Shown one piece after another: positions 8,226 to 18,741 of a DNA stretch of 64,000 nt. Source of the stretch: an uncultured Candidatus Rokubacteria bacterium (GTDB lineage: Bacteria > Methylomirabilota > Methylomirabilia > Rokubacteriales > CSP1-6). The position numbers and the translations under genes are program-made. The DNA lies in the NCBI GenBank assembly GCA_963840495.1, contig CAWIZN010000047.1:89485-153484 (forward strand), in the 5' to 3' direction. A model generated the notes under the pieces. That model saw nothing but the letters and a program-made list of their open reading frames with translations. It was not told the DNA's origin and searched no databases. Each line of letters starts with the position of its first letter. Position 1 is the first letter of the stretch.

Positions 8226-9958
8226 CTATCCCTTCTCGACCATGTAGATGTGCTCGAGCATGCTGACGTAGATGTTGCCGTCGACGACGAACTCACCCGC
8301 CTTGTTCTTCTCGATGCCCTTGACCCACGGCTTGGCCGCGGCGTACCGCACCACCCAGGCCACCGGCACGTAGCCGACGTCCTGCTGCATGATCTCCTCG
8401 GCCTTCTTGTAGGCCTCGAGGCGCTTCTTGGGATCGCGCGTGTCGCGCCCCGCCTCGAGCTCCTTGTCGAAGGCGTCGTTGACCCAGGCCTGACGCCGGC
8501 CGGTGGTCTTCTTGCCGTAGAACGTGTCGAAGTACTCGTTGTGCGGGTCCGGGTAGTCCATGAACCAGCGGATCCAGACGAACTGCAGATCCTGCTTCCA
8601 CAGCCGCTCGCGGAACACGCGCGGCTCGAGCACCTCGAGGTCGACCTTCATGTTGAGGTTGTCGAGGAGCACCGCCTGCACGGCCTCGGCGAGGGGCTTG
8701 GCCCCGAGCGCCTCGTCCCGCATGGTCAGCGTGATCTTCGGCCAGTTCTTGCCGCCCTCGAAGGGCGTGCCCTTGAGATGATCGAGGGCGGCCTTCTTGT
8801 CGAACTTCTGGATGGCCTTGATCTTGGGGTCGTCGACGGCGCCGGGGAAGCCGGGCGGGATCATGGACCACGCGGGGATGGCCAGGCCCTGCGCTCACCT
8901 TGACGACATTCTCGCGGTCGACGGCCTGGGAGACCGCCCGGCGGACCTTCAGGTTGTCGAAGGGCGGCTTCGTCACCTGAGGCAGGAGGTACCAGGTCCC
9001 GGGGAACGGATAGCGGAAGACGTCCTTCTGCATCCGGGGGTCGGACTGCAGCCGCTTGAGGTCGCCGGCCTGCAGGAGCGTGAGGTCGAGCTCGTTGTTC
9101 TCGTAGGGCAAGGCCCCGGTGGCCACCGGGATGATCGGGATGATCACGCGGTTCAGGTGCACGTCCTTGGCGCCGAAGTAGTGCGGGTTCTTCTTGAGCA
9201 CGATCTGCTTGTTGTGGTCCCACGCCTCCAGCGTGAACGGCCCGTTGCTGACGAGGTTCCCGGCCTCCGTCCACTTGTCGCCGAACTTCTCCACCGCCAG
9301 CTTGTGGGCCGGCAGGGCGGCGAGGTAGGCGGCGAGCACGGGGAAGTAGCCCCGCGGTCCCTCGAGCGTCACCTCGAGCGTCCAGTCGTCCTTGGCGCGG
9401 ACCCCGACCTCCTTCGGGTCGGTGATCTTCTTCTTGTTGAAGGCCTCGCCGTTCTTGATGTCGTAGAGGAAGGAGGCATAGGGCGCGGCGCTGGCGGGAT
9501 CGAGCTGCCGCTTCCACGACCACTCGAAATCGCGCGCCGACACCGGGCGAATTGTCCGACCAGCGGCTGTCCTTCCGGATAGTGAACGTCCACACCGAGC
9601 CGTCCTTGTTGCCCTCCACCTTGGAGGCCATCCACGGCACCGCGACGAAGTCGGAATTGAAGACCATGAGCCCGGCGAAGAGCGCGGGCACACCCGAGCA
9701 GTACAGGTCCTTGTTGAAGTCGTGGCTCGCGGGATCGTTCTGGAAATACCCGCCGCCCCCGTAGCGGAACACCTGCTCCTTGGCGAGCTTCTCGCCGGGC
9801 CCGGGCTTGGTCGGCGTGGCCGCTTGCGCCTGCGTCGCGAAGCCGAGGCCGCCGAAGGCGGCCATCGCGCCCACCACCTTGAGGAAGTCGCGCCGGCCGA
9901 CGCCGATCGCCGAGAGGCGCTGCGCGAACAGGTCCAACTGCTCGTCAGGGATATGCAT
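8226..9958 (-). CDS. ABC transporter substrate-binding protein (peptide/nickel family 5), two frameshifts as sequenced
   Basis: Three consecutive frames: 8861..9958 (Tat-like signal MHIPDEQ..RRDFLKVVGAMAAFGG..), 8293..9693 (..PVSARDFEWSWKRQLDPASAAPYASFLYDIKNGEAFN..) and 8226..8864 (..MIPPGFPGAVDDPKIKAIQKFD...). Junctions are at about 9543-9547 (extra G in cccgg) and about 8888-8892. Confidence 0.85.
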
Positions 9959-9991
9959 GTCGATCTCTCCTTGTGAGTGTTCCGTGCGGGC

Positions 9992-10921
9992 TCATTTCAT
10001 CTTCGGGTCGAGGGCGTCGCGCACGCCATCCCCGAAGAAGGTGAACGAGAGCATGGTGACGGCGATGGCGATCGAGGGGAACACGCAGAGATACCAGTAC
10101 GAGCGCAGGAACTGCTGGTTCTCCCCCACCATCTGCCCCCACGACGGCGTCGGCGGGTTGATGCCGACGCCGATGAACGACAGCGCCGCCTCCGTGAAGA
10201 TCGCCTCGGGAATGCCGAAGGTGACGGACACCACGATCGGGGTGAGCGCGCTCGGCAGCACGTGCTTCGTGAGGATGCGCCAGAACCCGGCGCCGAGCGC
10301 CCGCGCGCCTTCCACGAACTCCTTCTCCTTGATGGCGAGCACCTGGGCGCGCGTCTGCCTGGCGATGCCCACCCAGCCCGTCAAGCCCAGCGCGATGAAG
10401 ATATTGATCAGCCCGGCGCCGAGCATCGACATCACGAGGATGACGAAGAGCAGCCGCGGAAAGGCGTACATCACGTCGATGAACCGCGTGAGCACGAGGT
10501 CGACGCGTCCTCCGAGATACCCGGCGATGGCGCCCATGGGCACGCCGATCAGCACGATGATGATCTGCGCGCCGAGCCCCACCAGCATCGACACGCGGGC
10601 GCCGTAGATCATCCGGGAGAGCACGTCGCGGCCGAGCTGATCGGTGCCGAGGGGGAACTCGCGCGACGGGAACTCGTAGATCTTCCCGAAATTGGCCTTG
10701 GCGTAGGGATACGGGGCGAGCACGTCGGCGAAGATGGCCACCAGGCACAGGAAGACGACGGTGATGCCGCCCACGACGGCGAGCTTGTTGCGGACCAGCC
10801 GGCGCCACGCATCGCGATACAGGCTCGAGCCGCGGGGCTTGGCGCGGGGCAGCGCCATCTCCCCCGCCGGCCCGCCCGGCAACGGCAGGCTAGTATCGGA
10901 TGCGGGGGTCGATAACGCCAT
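9992..10921 (-). CDS. ABC transporter permease (DppC/OppC-like)
   Basis: ORF 9992..10921(-), intact. The EAA-loop region is ..FVEGARALGAGFWRILTKHVLPSAL.. An alternative start is ATG 10858. Confidence 0.9.
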   Translation of the reverse strand: MALSTPASDTSLPLPGGPAGEMALPRAKPRGSSLYRDAWRRLVRNKLAVVGGITVVFLCLVAIFADVLAPYPYAKANFGKIYEFPSREFPLGTDQLGRDVLSRMIYGARVSMLVGLGAQIIIVLIGVPMGAIAGYLGGRVDLVLTRFIDVMYAFPRLLFVILVMSMLGAGLINIFIALGLTGWVGIARQTRAQVLAIKEKEFVEGARALGAGFWRILTKHVLPSALTPIVVSVTFGIPEAIFTEAALSFIGVGINPPTPSWGQMVGENQQFLRSYWYLCVFPSIAIAVTMLSFTFFGDGVRDALDPKMK

Positions 10922-11816
10922 AGAGGAGATCGACGGCGAGGTTCATGATCGCGAGGAACGCGCCGTAGAGCAGGACCACGGCCATGATCATCGGATAGTC
11001 GCGGCCCGTCATGGACAGCACGAAGAACCGCCCCATCCCCGGGACGCGAAAGATCGACTCCACGAAGAACGAGCCGGTGCCCACCGCCGCGAACATGGGT
11101 CCGAGCAAGGTCACCACGGGGATGAAGGCGTTCTTGAGGACGTGCTTCAGGATGACGGGCCGCTCCGCGAGCCCCTTGGCGCGCGCCGTCACGATGTAGT
11201 CCGAGCGGATGACCTCGATCATGCTCGATCGGGTGAAGCGCGCGATGATCCCGAGGGGGGCGAGCGCGAGCGTCACGGTGGGCAAGACCCAGTCGATCGG
11301 CGAGTTCCAGCCGCCGGTGGGGAAGATCGGCAGGATGAGCGAGAAGAGCACGATGAGGAAGACGGCCAGCACGAAGTTGGGCACGCTCACGCCGATGGTC
11401 GCCACCGTGACGGACAGGTAGTCCCACGAGCGATTCTGGTACACGGCGGCGAGCACGCCGAGCGTCACGCCCCCCGCGACGGCGAGGGCCAGGGCCATGC
11501 TGCCGAGCAGGAGCGAGACCGGCAGCGTCTCGGCCAGGATCTCGCGCACCGTGCGCGTCTTGTACACGAAGGACTGCCCGAAGTCCCCGCGGACGGCCTT
11601 GCCGATGAAGATCGTGAACTGCTGCCAGAGCGGCTTGTCGAGCCCGTAGACCTCGGCGAGGTTCTTCTGGGCGTCCGGTGAGAGGGGATTGGCGCCTTCG
11701 GCGACGGGATCGAGGGGGCTGCCAGGCGTCGCGTGCATCACGAGGAACGTGATGAGCGCCATGGCGAGCAGCGTGGGAACCAGCCACAGGAGGCGATACG
11801 CGGCGAAACGGAGCAA
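10890..11816 (-). CDS. ABC transporter permease (DppB/OppB-like)
   Basis: Last 308 aa of ORF 10890..13712(-): (M)LRFAAYRLLWLVPTLLAMALITFLVMH...DYIVTARAKGLAERPVILKHVLKNAFIPVV.. TTG start at 11816 with AAGAGGGGA upstream. The rest of the 940-aa ORF is antisense shadow. Confidence 0.9.
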   Translation of the reverse strand: MLRFAAYRLLWLVPTLLAMALITFLVMHATPGSPLDPVAEGANPLSPDAQKNLAEVYGLDKPLWQQFTIFIGKAVRGDFGQSFVYKTRTVREILAETLPVSLLLGSMALALAVAGGVTLGVLAAVYQNRSWDYLSVTVATIGVSVPNFVLAVFLIVLFSLILPIFPTGGWNSPIDWVLPTVTLALAPLGIIARFTRSSMIEVIRSDYIVTARAKGLAERPVILKHVLKNAFIPVVTLLGPMFAAVGTGSFFVESIFRVPGMGRFFVLSMTGRDYPMIMAVVLLYGAFLAIMNLAVDLLYGVIDPRIRY

Positions 11817-11911
11817 TGCACTCCCCTCTTGAGCCCATCCCGGAGATGGTTGGGTCACTATCGGCAATGGCCAGGGGGAAGTCAAGCGGGAAGTGGTATC
11901 CTGAGCCCCGA

Positions 11912-13778
11912 ATGAGCCCTGTCCTGACCATTCTTCCCGGTCGCCGCACCTCGACGTCAACCCGGAACGACCATCCTGAAGGCGGCGCACGCCGCCGGCG
12001 TCGACATCACGGCGACCTGCGGGGGGCGCGGTCGGTGCACGTCGTGCCGGATCAAGTTCGTCTCGGGCGCAGCACCGCCGCCCACCATCTCGGACCAGCT
12101 CCAGCTCGGCGAGGGGCTGGTCCGCGACGGCTATCGCCTCGCCTGCCAGTGCGCGGTGACCGCGGCGGCGACCGTCCAGATCGCCCCTGCCGTCGACGAG
12201 CGCAGCTTTCAGATCCTCGGCGGCGAGCGGCTGCCCGGCGCGCCGACCCCCGTGACCCTCGACGCCGGGATCGACAAGCAGGTCGTGCAGGTCACGCTCC
12301 CCAAGGACGAGCATCACCAGACCTCGGACCTCGAGGAGCTGCTGGCCGCCGCCGGCGCCTCCGTCGACGACGTGTCCGCCGACGTCTGGAAGACCCTTCC
12401 CGCCGCCCTCCGCGACCGCCAGGGCGAGGTCACCGTCACGCGCTTCGGCCGCCGCATCCTCGCCGTCGAGTCGGGCGACACCGCACTCCTCAAGTTCGGC
12501 CTCGCCATCGACATCGGCACCACGAGCGTGGTGACGACGCTGATGGAGCTGGCCTCCGGCGAGCAGATGGCCTCCGTCTCGAGCCTCAACCCGCAGGCGG
12601 TCTTCGGCGGCGACCTCATGTCGCGGATCGCCTTCGCGCAGGCCGACCCGGGGAACCTCAGAAAGCTGCAGACGCGCATCATCGGCCTCCTGAACCAGCA
12701 CGTCGAGCAGGTCACGCGCGACTCGGGCGTCCTCGCCAAGTGGATCTACAAGGTCGTGGTCGTCGGCAATACGTGCATGCATCACCTGCTCCTCGGCATC
12801 GACCCCTCCTATGTCGGCCTCGCGCCCTATGCTCCGGTGCTGCGCCACGCCGTGACGGTGTCCGCCCGGGAGCTGTTCCTCAAGGTCCATCCCGAGGCGC
12901 GCGTCTGCCTGCTCCCGCTGGTGGCCGGCTTCGTCGGCGCCGACGCGGTGGCCGTCGCCCTCGCCACCCGCATCGCCGACACGCCCGAGATCCGCATCGC
13001 GGTCGACATCGGCACCAATGGCGAGGTGCTGCTCGGCTCGCGCGAGCACCTCTGGGCCTGCTCGGCGCCCGCGGGCCCCGCGCTCGAAGGCGCGCAGATC
13101 CGCCACGGGATGCGCGCGGCGATGGGCGCCATCGACCGCGTCAGCGTGGCCGACGGCGACCTCCGTCTGCACACGATCGGAGAGGCCGCCGCGCAGGGCC
13201 TCTGCGGGTCGGGCATCGTCGACGCGATCGCCGCGCTGCTCGACGCGGGCATCATCGACTGGACCGGCCTCATCGACGTCGACGGCCGCGAGCGGCTGCC
13301 CGCGCCCCTGCGCGCGCGGGTGCTGATGCGCGGGGAGGAGCGCCTCGTCGTCCTCGCGCGGCCCGGGGAAGCGGGCGCCGAGCGGGAGATCGCCCTCACC
13401 CAGGAGGACGTGCGCCAGGTGCAGCTCTGCAAGGGCGCCATCGCCTCCGGCGTGGCGATGCTGCAGCACGTGGCCGGCGTCAGCCCCGACGACGTGAGCG
13501 AGCTGATGCTCGCCGGCGGCTTCGGCAACTACCTCTCGGTGCGGAGCGCGCTGCGCATCGGCCTCATTCCCCCGACCGTGCCCGAGGACCGGATCCGCTA
13601 CGTCGGCAATGCCGCCGCCCTCGGCGCCCAGCTCGCCCTGGTGTCGGAGCCCGAGCGGCGCCGCGCCGAGGCGATCGCGGCGTCGATCGACCACGTCTCG
13701 CTCGCCGCGCACCCGGACTTCCAGGACATCTTCGTCGACTGCATGAACTTCCCCGCCCCGGGCGCGTCCGTCCCGTGA
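11912..13778 (+). CDS. [2Fe-2S] ferredoxin plus ASKHA ATPase (DUF4445) protein, RACo/RamA-like corrinoid reductive activator; N-terminus frameshifted as sequenced
   Basis: Body is ORF 12156..13778(+) (..LAIDIGTTSVVTTL...VVVVGNTCMHHLLLG...AVDIGTNGEV...CGSGI..). Upstream in frame is the ferredoxin motif ..TILKAAHAAGVDITATCGGRGRCTSCRIKF..YRLACQC. ATG 11912 (MSPVLTILPGRR) is reached only through two 1-nt shifts, at about 11943-11948 and 11961-11966 (giving ..HLDVNPGTTIL..). Confidence 0.8.
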
Positions 13779-14747
13779 TGCTCCTCTTCCGTGATGCGAA
13801 TCGTCCGCTGATGCGACTCCCCGAAGGCCTCGTCGGCACCACGGTAGGCCCGCTCGTGCAGGAGATCGATGCGCGCTGGCTCATGGCCTATGCGGCGGCG
13901 CTCGGAGACGTCCATGCCGAATACCTCGACACGACGCGGCCCGAGGGCGTGATCGGCCACCCGATCTTTCCCGTTTGCTACGAGTGGCCTCTCGCGGTCG
14001 AGCTCCGGGCCGCGGCCATATCCGAGAGCATCGCCGTGCGCAGCGTCCACGCCACCCACGATCTCCGCCTCCACCGGCGGGCGCGGGCCGGCGATCGCCT
14101 GAGCACGACCGCCACCGTGATCTCGTCGGAGCCGCGCGCGCCAGGGGCCTACGTCGTCACCCGCCTCGAGACCGTCGACGCCGACGGCCGCTCGGTCAGC
14201 ACCACGGACTACGGCTCCATCTATCGCGGCGTGGAGTGCGAGCGGGCGGCGCTCCCGCCGCGCGTCGCCGGGCTCGCGGACTCGATGGGCGATGCCGGGA
14301 CCGTTCCGGAACCGGACCGCCGAGGTGATGGATCGCCGCCACGACGCGATTGGTCGGTCGAGGTGCCCGTCCCGGCGGGTCTGGCCCATACCTATACCGA
14401 GTGCGCGCGGATCTGGAATCCCATCCACACGGACAAAGCCGTCGCCCGGTCCGCGGGCTTGCCCGACATCATCCTGCACGGCACCGCGACGCTCGCCCTG
14501 GCGGTGTCCGCGGCGCTCGAGCGCGCGGGAGTGAACCCGGCCGCCGGCATCGCCCGGATCACCTGCCGCTTCACCGGGCATGGTGCCCCTGCCCTCCGTC
14601 ATTACCGTGGAGGGATGGAAGGCGCGGGGAGCCACGGGCGAGGGAGTGATCGCGTTTCAGGTGCTCGGTTCCGACGGCCGCCTCGTCCTCCGCGACGGGC
14701 GGCTCATCATGGCCGGGCCGCATGACCCCCAGGAGGCACGTGCATGA
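13778..14747 (+). CDS. MaoC-like double hotdog (dehydratase) protein, frameshifted near the C-terminus as sequenced
   Basis: Tail of ORF 11816..14725(+): MLLFRDANRPLMRLPEGLVGTTVGPLVQEIDARWLMAYAAALGD...ECARIWNPIHTDKAVARSAGLPDIILHGTATLAL.. After ..ITCRFTG (about 14575-14582) the natural sequence continues in another frame (MVPLPSVITVEGWKARGATGEGVIAFQVLGSDGRLVLRDGRLIMAG..*). The start overlaps the upstream stop (TGATG). Confidence 0.7.
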
Positions 14748-15752
14748 CCAAGTTCGAGCGTGTCCAGGCCGCCCTGAAGCGCGAGCCCACCGACCGGCCG
14801 CCCTACGCCTTCTGGCGTCATTTCCCCGACGTCGACCGCTCGGCGGCCGCGCTCGCCCAATCGACGCTGCGCTTTCACGAGCGCTATGGCTCGGACTTCC
14901 TCAAGGTCACTCCCACCGGCGGCTACGCGGTGGAGGACTGGGGCTGCGTGGAGAGCGACGAGGTCGCCCCCGACGGCCACCGCCCCTGCGCCCGCCACGC
15001 CGTCACGAGCTTCGATGACTGGAAGAAGATCCGGCCGCTGCGCCTGGAGTCGACGGGGTGGGGCGCTCATCTCGAGACCATCCTCCGCTGCGTCGTGGAC
15101 CGGCGCGCCGACTGCTCCACGCTGCCGACCATCTTCAGCCCGCTCTCCCTGGCGAGAAAGCTGTCGGGCGAGCGGCTCAACTACGACCTCAAGGAAAACC
15201 CGCAGGCCGTCACCGACGCCCTCGAGGCGATCACCGAGACGATCCTGACCTTCGCCGACGCCTGCTTCCTCGAGGGCGCGGAGGGCATCTTCTACTCCGT
15301 CATGGCGGCGAGCACGCGACCTGCACACCGAGGACGAGTACCGGCGCTTCGGCGAGCCCTACGACCGGCGCATCCTCGAGCACGTGCGGCCGAAGTCCAA
15401 GCTCACCGTCCTGCACTGCCACGGCTCGAACCTCATGTTCGACGTCCTCGCTGCCCTGCCCGCCCATGCGTGGAACTGGGACGACCGGCGGGCCGGGCCC
15501 TCGCTTCGCGACGCGCAGCGCCACGTGCCCGGCGCGGTGATCGGCGGGCTCGACCAGTGGGGGGCGCTCAGGGACGGGACGCCGGATGCCGCGAGCGCCG
15601 AGGCGCAGGATGCGCTCGCGCAGACGGGCGGACGCGGGGTCATTCTCGGCGCGGGCTGCGTGCTGCCGACCCAGACATCGGACCTGGCCCTGGTCGAGGT
15701 GATCAAGTCCATCGGCGGCCAGGTGAGGCTCGGTCTCATCCGACCTCAGTGA
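14744..15752 (+). CDS. uroporphyrinogen decarboxylase (URO-D) family protein, MtaA/CmuA-like methyltransferase candidate; frameshifted as sequenced
   Basis: ORF 14744..15796(+) gives the N-terminal half (MTKFERVQAALKREPTDRPPYAFWRHFP..FLKVTPTGGY..). ORF 15384..15752(+) gives the C-terminal half (..LTVLHCHGSNLMFDVLAALPAHAWNWDD..GAGCVLP..). The junction is at about 15308-15322 (..DLHTEDEYRRFGEPYDRRILEHV..). ATGA overlap with the MaoC stop. Confidence 0.7.
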
Positions 15753-15798
15753 CCGCGCGCTTCGCCGCCTCGCACGCACACGCCGGGCGCCCGTAGTC

Positions 15799-16605
15799 GT
15801 GGACACGCTCATCCTGAAGCTGGTCCTGACGCCTGCGCTGATCGGCATGGCGAGCCTCGCGGGCCGCCGCTTCGGTCCCGCGGTGGGTGGCTGGCTCGTC
15901 GGGTTTCCCTTGACCTCCGCGCCCGTCGCGCTCTTCCTGACGCTGAGCCACGGCCCCGCCTTCGCCGCCGCAGCCGCCGCGGGCACGATGGCGGGGACCG
16001 TCTCGCAGGCCGCCTTCTGCGTCGCGTATAGCTGGCTCGCCCAGCGCCATCGCTGGCCGCTGCCGCTGGCCGTGAGCAGTCTGGCATTCGCGGTGTCGAC
16101 CGCGGCGCTCGGGCGCGTCACCCTGTCCCCGCTCCCGCTCTTCGCGATCGTCGTGACGGCCCTCGCGGTGGCGCTGTATCTCATGCCCGGCGGGGGGCGC
16201 GTTCCCCGCGCGCCCAGGACGGACCGCGCGGGCGCGGTGGCGCCACCCGGCTGGGACCTGCCGGCGCGCATGGTCGTCGCCACCGTCTTCGTCGTGCTGC
16301 TCACCGGCATCGCGCCGGCGCTCGGCCCGCAGCTGACCGGCCTCCTCGCGCCCTTCCCGCTCTACGGCGCCGTGCTCGCCGTCTTCGCCCACGCGATCGA
16401 AGGATCGGGACCGGCGACCGCCGTGCTCCGGGGCATGCTCACCGGCCTCTTCGGCTTCGCGGGCTTCTTCCTCGTCCTCGCCACCTGCCTCGAGGACTGG
16501 GGGCTCGTCGCGGCCTTCGCGGCGGCGATCGCCCTGACGCTCGTGGTGCAGGGCATCGCCTTCTGGACGCTCAAGCGCGGACAGGCGCAAGCGCGGACCG
16601 TGTAG
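15799..16605 (+). CDS. hypothetical integral membrane protein
   Basis: ORF 15799..16605(+), GTG start. Several hydrophobic helices (..LVLTPALIGMASLAG.., ..MVVATVFVVLLTGIAPALG.., ..GLFGFAGFFLVLATCL..). Family not recognised. Confidence 0.6.
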   Translation: MDTLILKLVLTPALIGMASLAGRRFGPAVGGWLVGFPLTSAPVALFLTLSHGPAFAAAAAAGTMAGTVSQAAFCVAYSWLAQRHRWPLPLAVSSLAFAVSTAALGRVTLSPLPLFAIVVTALAVALYLMPGGGRVPRAPRTDRAGAVAPPGWDLPARMVVATVFVVLLTGIAPALGPQLTGLLAPFPLYGAVLAVFAHAIEGSGPATAVLRGMLTGLFGFAGFFLVLATCLEDWGLVAAFAAAIALTLVVQGIAFWTLKRGQAQARTV

Positions 16606-16642
16606 AGAGCGGCGACGGTGGGAGACGCAGCGGGCGGCAGCG

Positions 16643-17722
16643 CTACTTGGCGACGTTGAAGCGGAAGTGGCAGATCTCGCCGTCGCGGACGAGATAGTCC
16701 TTGCCCTCCAGGCGGAACCGGCCGCGCTCGCGCACCACCGCCATCGAGCCCTCGGCCGCGATCAGCTCGTCATAGCCCACGACCTCCGCGCGGATGAACC
16801 CCCGCGCGATGTCGGAGTGGATCGCGCCCGCGGCGTCCTGGGCGCGCGTGCCCTCGGGGATCGACCACGCGCGTACCTCGTCCTCGCCCACCGTGAAGAA
16901 GGAGAGGAGCCCGAGCAGCGTGTAGCAATCCTGGAGCACGCGCGTGATCGCGGGCTCGGCGAGTCCGAGGTCGGCGAGGAAGACGGCCTGCTCCGGCCCG
17001 GCGAGCTGCGCGACCTCGGCCTCGATGACCGCGGAGACCCAGCCGAGCCGCGTGCGCGGCCGCTTCGCGACCTCGGCGAGCCCGAACGCGTCCACCAGTC
17101 CCGACGCCCGGTCGATGTCCTTCTCGGCCAGGTTCAGGCAGTGCAGGATCGGCTTCTGCGAGAGAAAGGTGAAGCCGCGCAGGACACGCGCCTCGTCCTC
17201 GGGGAGATCCATCGCGCGGATCGGCGTCTCCCCCTCGAGCGCCGGCTTCACCTTGAGGAGCACGCCCTGCTCCCTGACGTCGGCGTCGGTCCGCTTCTTC
17301 TTGATCTGGGACTCGAGGCGCTCGAGCCGGCGCTCCACGACCTCGAGGTCGGCCAGGATCAGCTCGGTCTCGAGGTCGCCGATATCGCTCCGGGGATTCG
17401 GGGCGGCGCCCGCCGCGTCGGGAAACGCGCGCACGACGTGGAGGAGCGCGTCCGCGCTCCTGAACTCCTTGGCGTCGAGGCCCTGGCGGTCGCCCTTCGA
17501 GATGCCCGCGAGGTCGACGACCTCGAACGTGGCGGGGGTGGTCTTCTTCGGCTTGAACAGCGCGCTCAGGCGGTCCACCCGCTCGTCGGGCACGCGCGCG
17601 AGCCCCGCGTGCATCTCCGCGCGCGCGCCCTCGAACGACGAGGTCGCCACGCTCTGCCCCGTGAGGAGGTTGAACAGCGAGGTCTTCCCGCTCCGAGACA
17701 GCCCGATCAGTCCGATCTTCAT
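16643..17722 (-). CDS. ychF: ribosome-binding ATPase YchF
   Basis: ORF 16643..17722(-), intact. P-loop GLSRSGKTSLFN and the C-terminal TGS-like region ..FFTVGEDEVRAWSIPEGTRAQDAAGAIHSDIARGFIRAEV... Confidence 0.92.
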   Translation of the reverse strand: MKIGLIGLSRSGKTSLFNLLTGQSVATSSFEGARAEMHAGLARVPDERVDRLSALFKPKKTTPATFEVVDLAGISKGDRQGLDAKEFRSADALLHVVRAFPDAAGAAPNPRSDIGDLETELILADLEVVERRLERLESQIKKKRTDADVREQGVLLKVKPALEGETPIRAMDLPEDEARVLRGFTFLSQKPILHCLNLAEKDIDRASGLVDAFGLAEVAKRPRTRLGWVSAVIEAEVAQLAGPEQAVFLADLGLAEPAITRVLQDCYTLLGLLSFFTVGEDEVRAWSIPEGTRAQDAAGAIHSDIARGFIRAEVVGYDELIAAEGSMAVVRERGRFRLEGKDYLVRDGEICHFRFNVAK

Positions 17723-17835
17723 GAGGTGCTCATGCTACCATGCCGCCACCATGCCCGGGACCTCCCGCCGCGACGGCGTCGTCGCCAGCGCGTCGGTCGC
17801 CGGCGCGCCGCGCTCATGCACCGGACCCGCATAGC

Positions 17836-18321
17836 GTGGCGCATCCCCGCCCGCTCGACCTCCGGGGGACCGTCCTCGCGCTCATCCTCGCGGCGATCTG
17901 GAGCGCCAATCCGCTCGCCGTCAAGGTCGGCCTGGCGGACGCGCCGCCGTTCCGGCTCGCGTGGATGCGCTTCCTCCTCGGCGGGCTCGCGATCCTGGCC
18001 TATGCGTGGTGGACGCGCCACCGGGGCGTCTTCGACGTGCACCCGGGCGAGTGGCGCGTCCTGTGGTCGCTCGGCCTGCTCTTCGCCGTGCAGATCGGCC
18101 TCATGAACGTCGGCATCGCCAGGACCACGGCCACCCACGCCGCGGTGCTCGTCACCTCTTGCAGAATCTACCGGCCGAGCGCCCTCGCCACGTGCGCGCT
18201 CACGACACCGATCTTCGGCGTGCTCGCCTCGGCCGCCATCGCGGGCGAGGCACTCACGCCGACGCTGCTCCTCTCGGCCCTGATGGTGGCGGCGGGCATC
18301 GGCCTGACGACGCGGCGGTGA
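17836..18321 (+). CDS. DMT/EamA-family transporter, apparently shortened by an internal deletion
   Basis: ORF 17740..18321(+). EamA-like TM1-4 (..VLALILAAIWSANPLAVKVGL..PFRLAWMRFLLGG..GLMNVGIARTTATHAAVLVTS) jump through a short AT-richer junction (tcttgcagaatctaccgg) straight to a C-terminal helix pair (..TPIFGVLASAAIAGEALTPTLLLSALMVAAGIGL). About 160 aa, against roughly 290 aa for typical family members. GTG start at 17836. Confidence 0.5.
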   Translation: MAHPRPLDLRGTVLALILAAIWSANPLAVKVGLADAPPFRLAWMRFLLGGLAILAYAWWTRHRGVFDVHPGEWRVLWSLGLLFAVQIGLMNVGIARTTATHAAVLVTSCRIYRPSALATCALTTPIFGVLASAAIAGEALTPTLLLSALMVAAGIGLTTRR

Positions 18322-18334
18322 AGGGCGGGCGCGC

Positions 18335-18364
18335 TTGACCGCCGCGGCGGCCGCGCGGTAGCGT
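18335..18364 (+). promoter_or_regulatory. promoter TTGACC-18-TAGCGT, leaderless geometry
   Basis: TTGACC at 18335-18340 and TAGCGT at 18359-18364, then 6 nt to the queF ATG at 18371. Confidence 0.45.
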
Positions 18365-18370
18365 CGGGGC

Positions 18371-18736
18371 ATGCCGACCGCGCCATCCAAGCAGCTCGAC
18401 GTGGTGCCGAACCCTCATCCGGGCCGCGACTACGAGGTCCGCCTCGAGATCCCGGAGTTCACCTGCGTCTGTCCGATGACCGGCCAGCCCGACTTCGCGA
18501 CGATCCGGATCACCTATGTCCCCGACCGCCACCTGGTCGAGCTCAAGTCCATCAAGCTCTACATGTGGTCGTACCGGGACGAAGGGGCCTTTCACGAGGA
18601 CGTGACCAATCGCATCCTCGACGACTTCGTGGCCGTCGCCGCGCCCCGCTTCATCGAGGTGATCGGCGACTGGAACGTCCGCGGCGGCATCAAGACCGTC
18701 GTGCGGGCCACCCACGGCACGCGGCCGGAGATCTAG
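18371..18736 (+). CDS. queF: NADPH-dependent 7-cyano-7-deazaguanine reductase QueF
   Basis: ORF 18371..18736(+). The hallmark ..[17 protein letters not shown].. and ..[22 protein letters not shown].. Confidence 0.92.
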   Translation: MPTAPSKQLDVVPNPHPGRDYEVRLEIPEFTCVCPMTGQPDFATIRITYVPDRHLVELKSIKLYMWSYRDEGAFHEDVTNRILDDFVAVAAPRFIEVIGDWNVRGGIKTVVRATHGTRPEI

Positions 18737-18741
18737 CCAGG

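Noticed and set aside
11817-13712. The N-terminal 630 aa of the 940-aa ORF 10890..13712(-)
   Set aside because: It is antisense to the well-supported RACo-like gene and has low-complexity R/G/D/A composition. The real permease starts at TTG 11816.
18322-18370. A possible preQ1 riboswitch upstream of queF
   Set aside because: Only 49 nt are available, and they are taken up by a -35/-10 pair placed 6 nt from the ATG (leaderless geometry). No preQ1-type hairpin or A-rich tail is visible.
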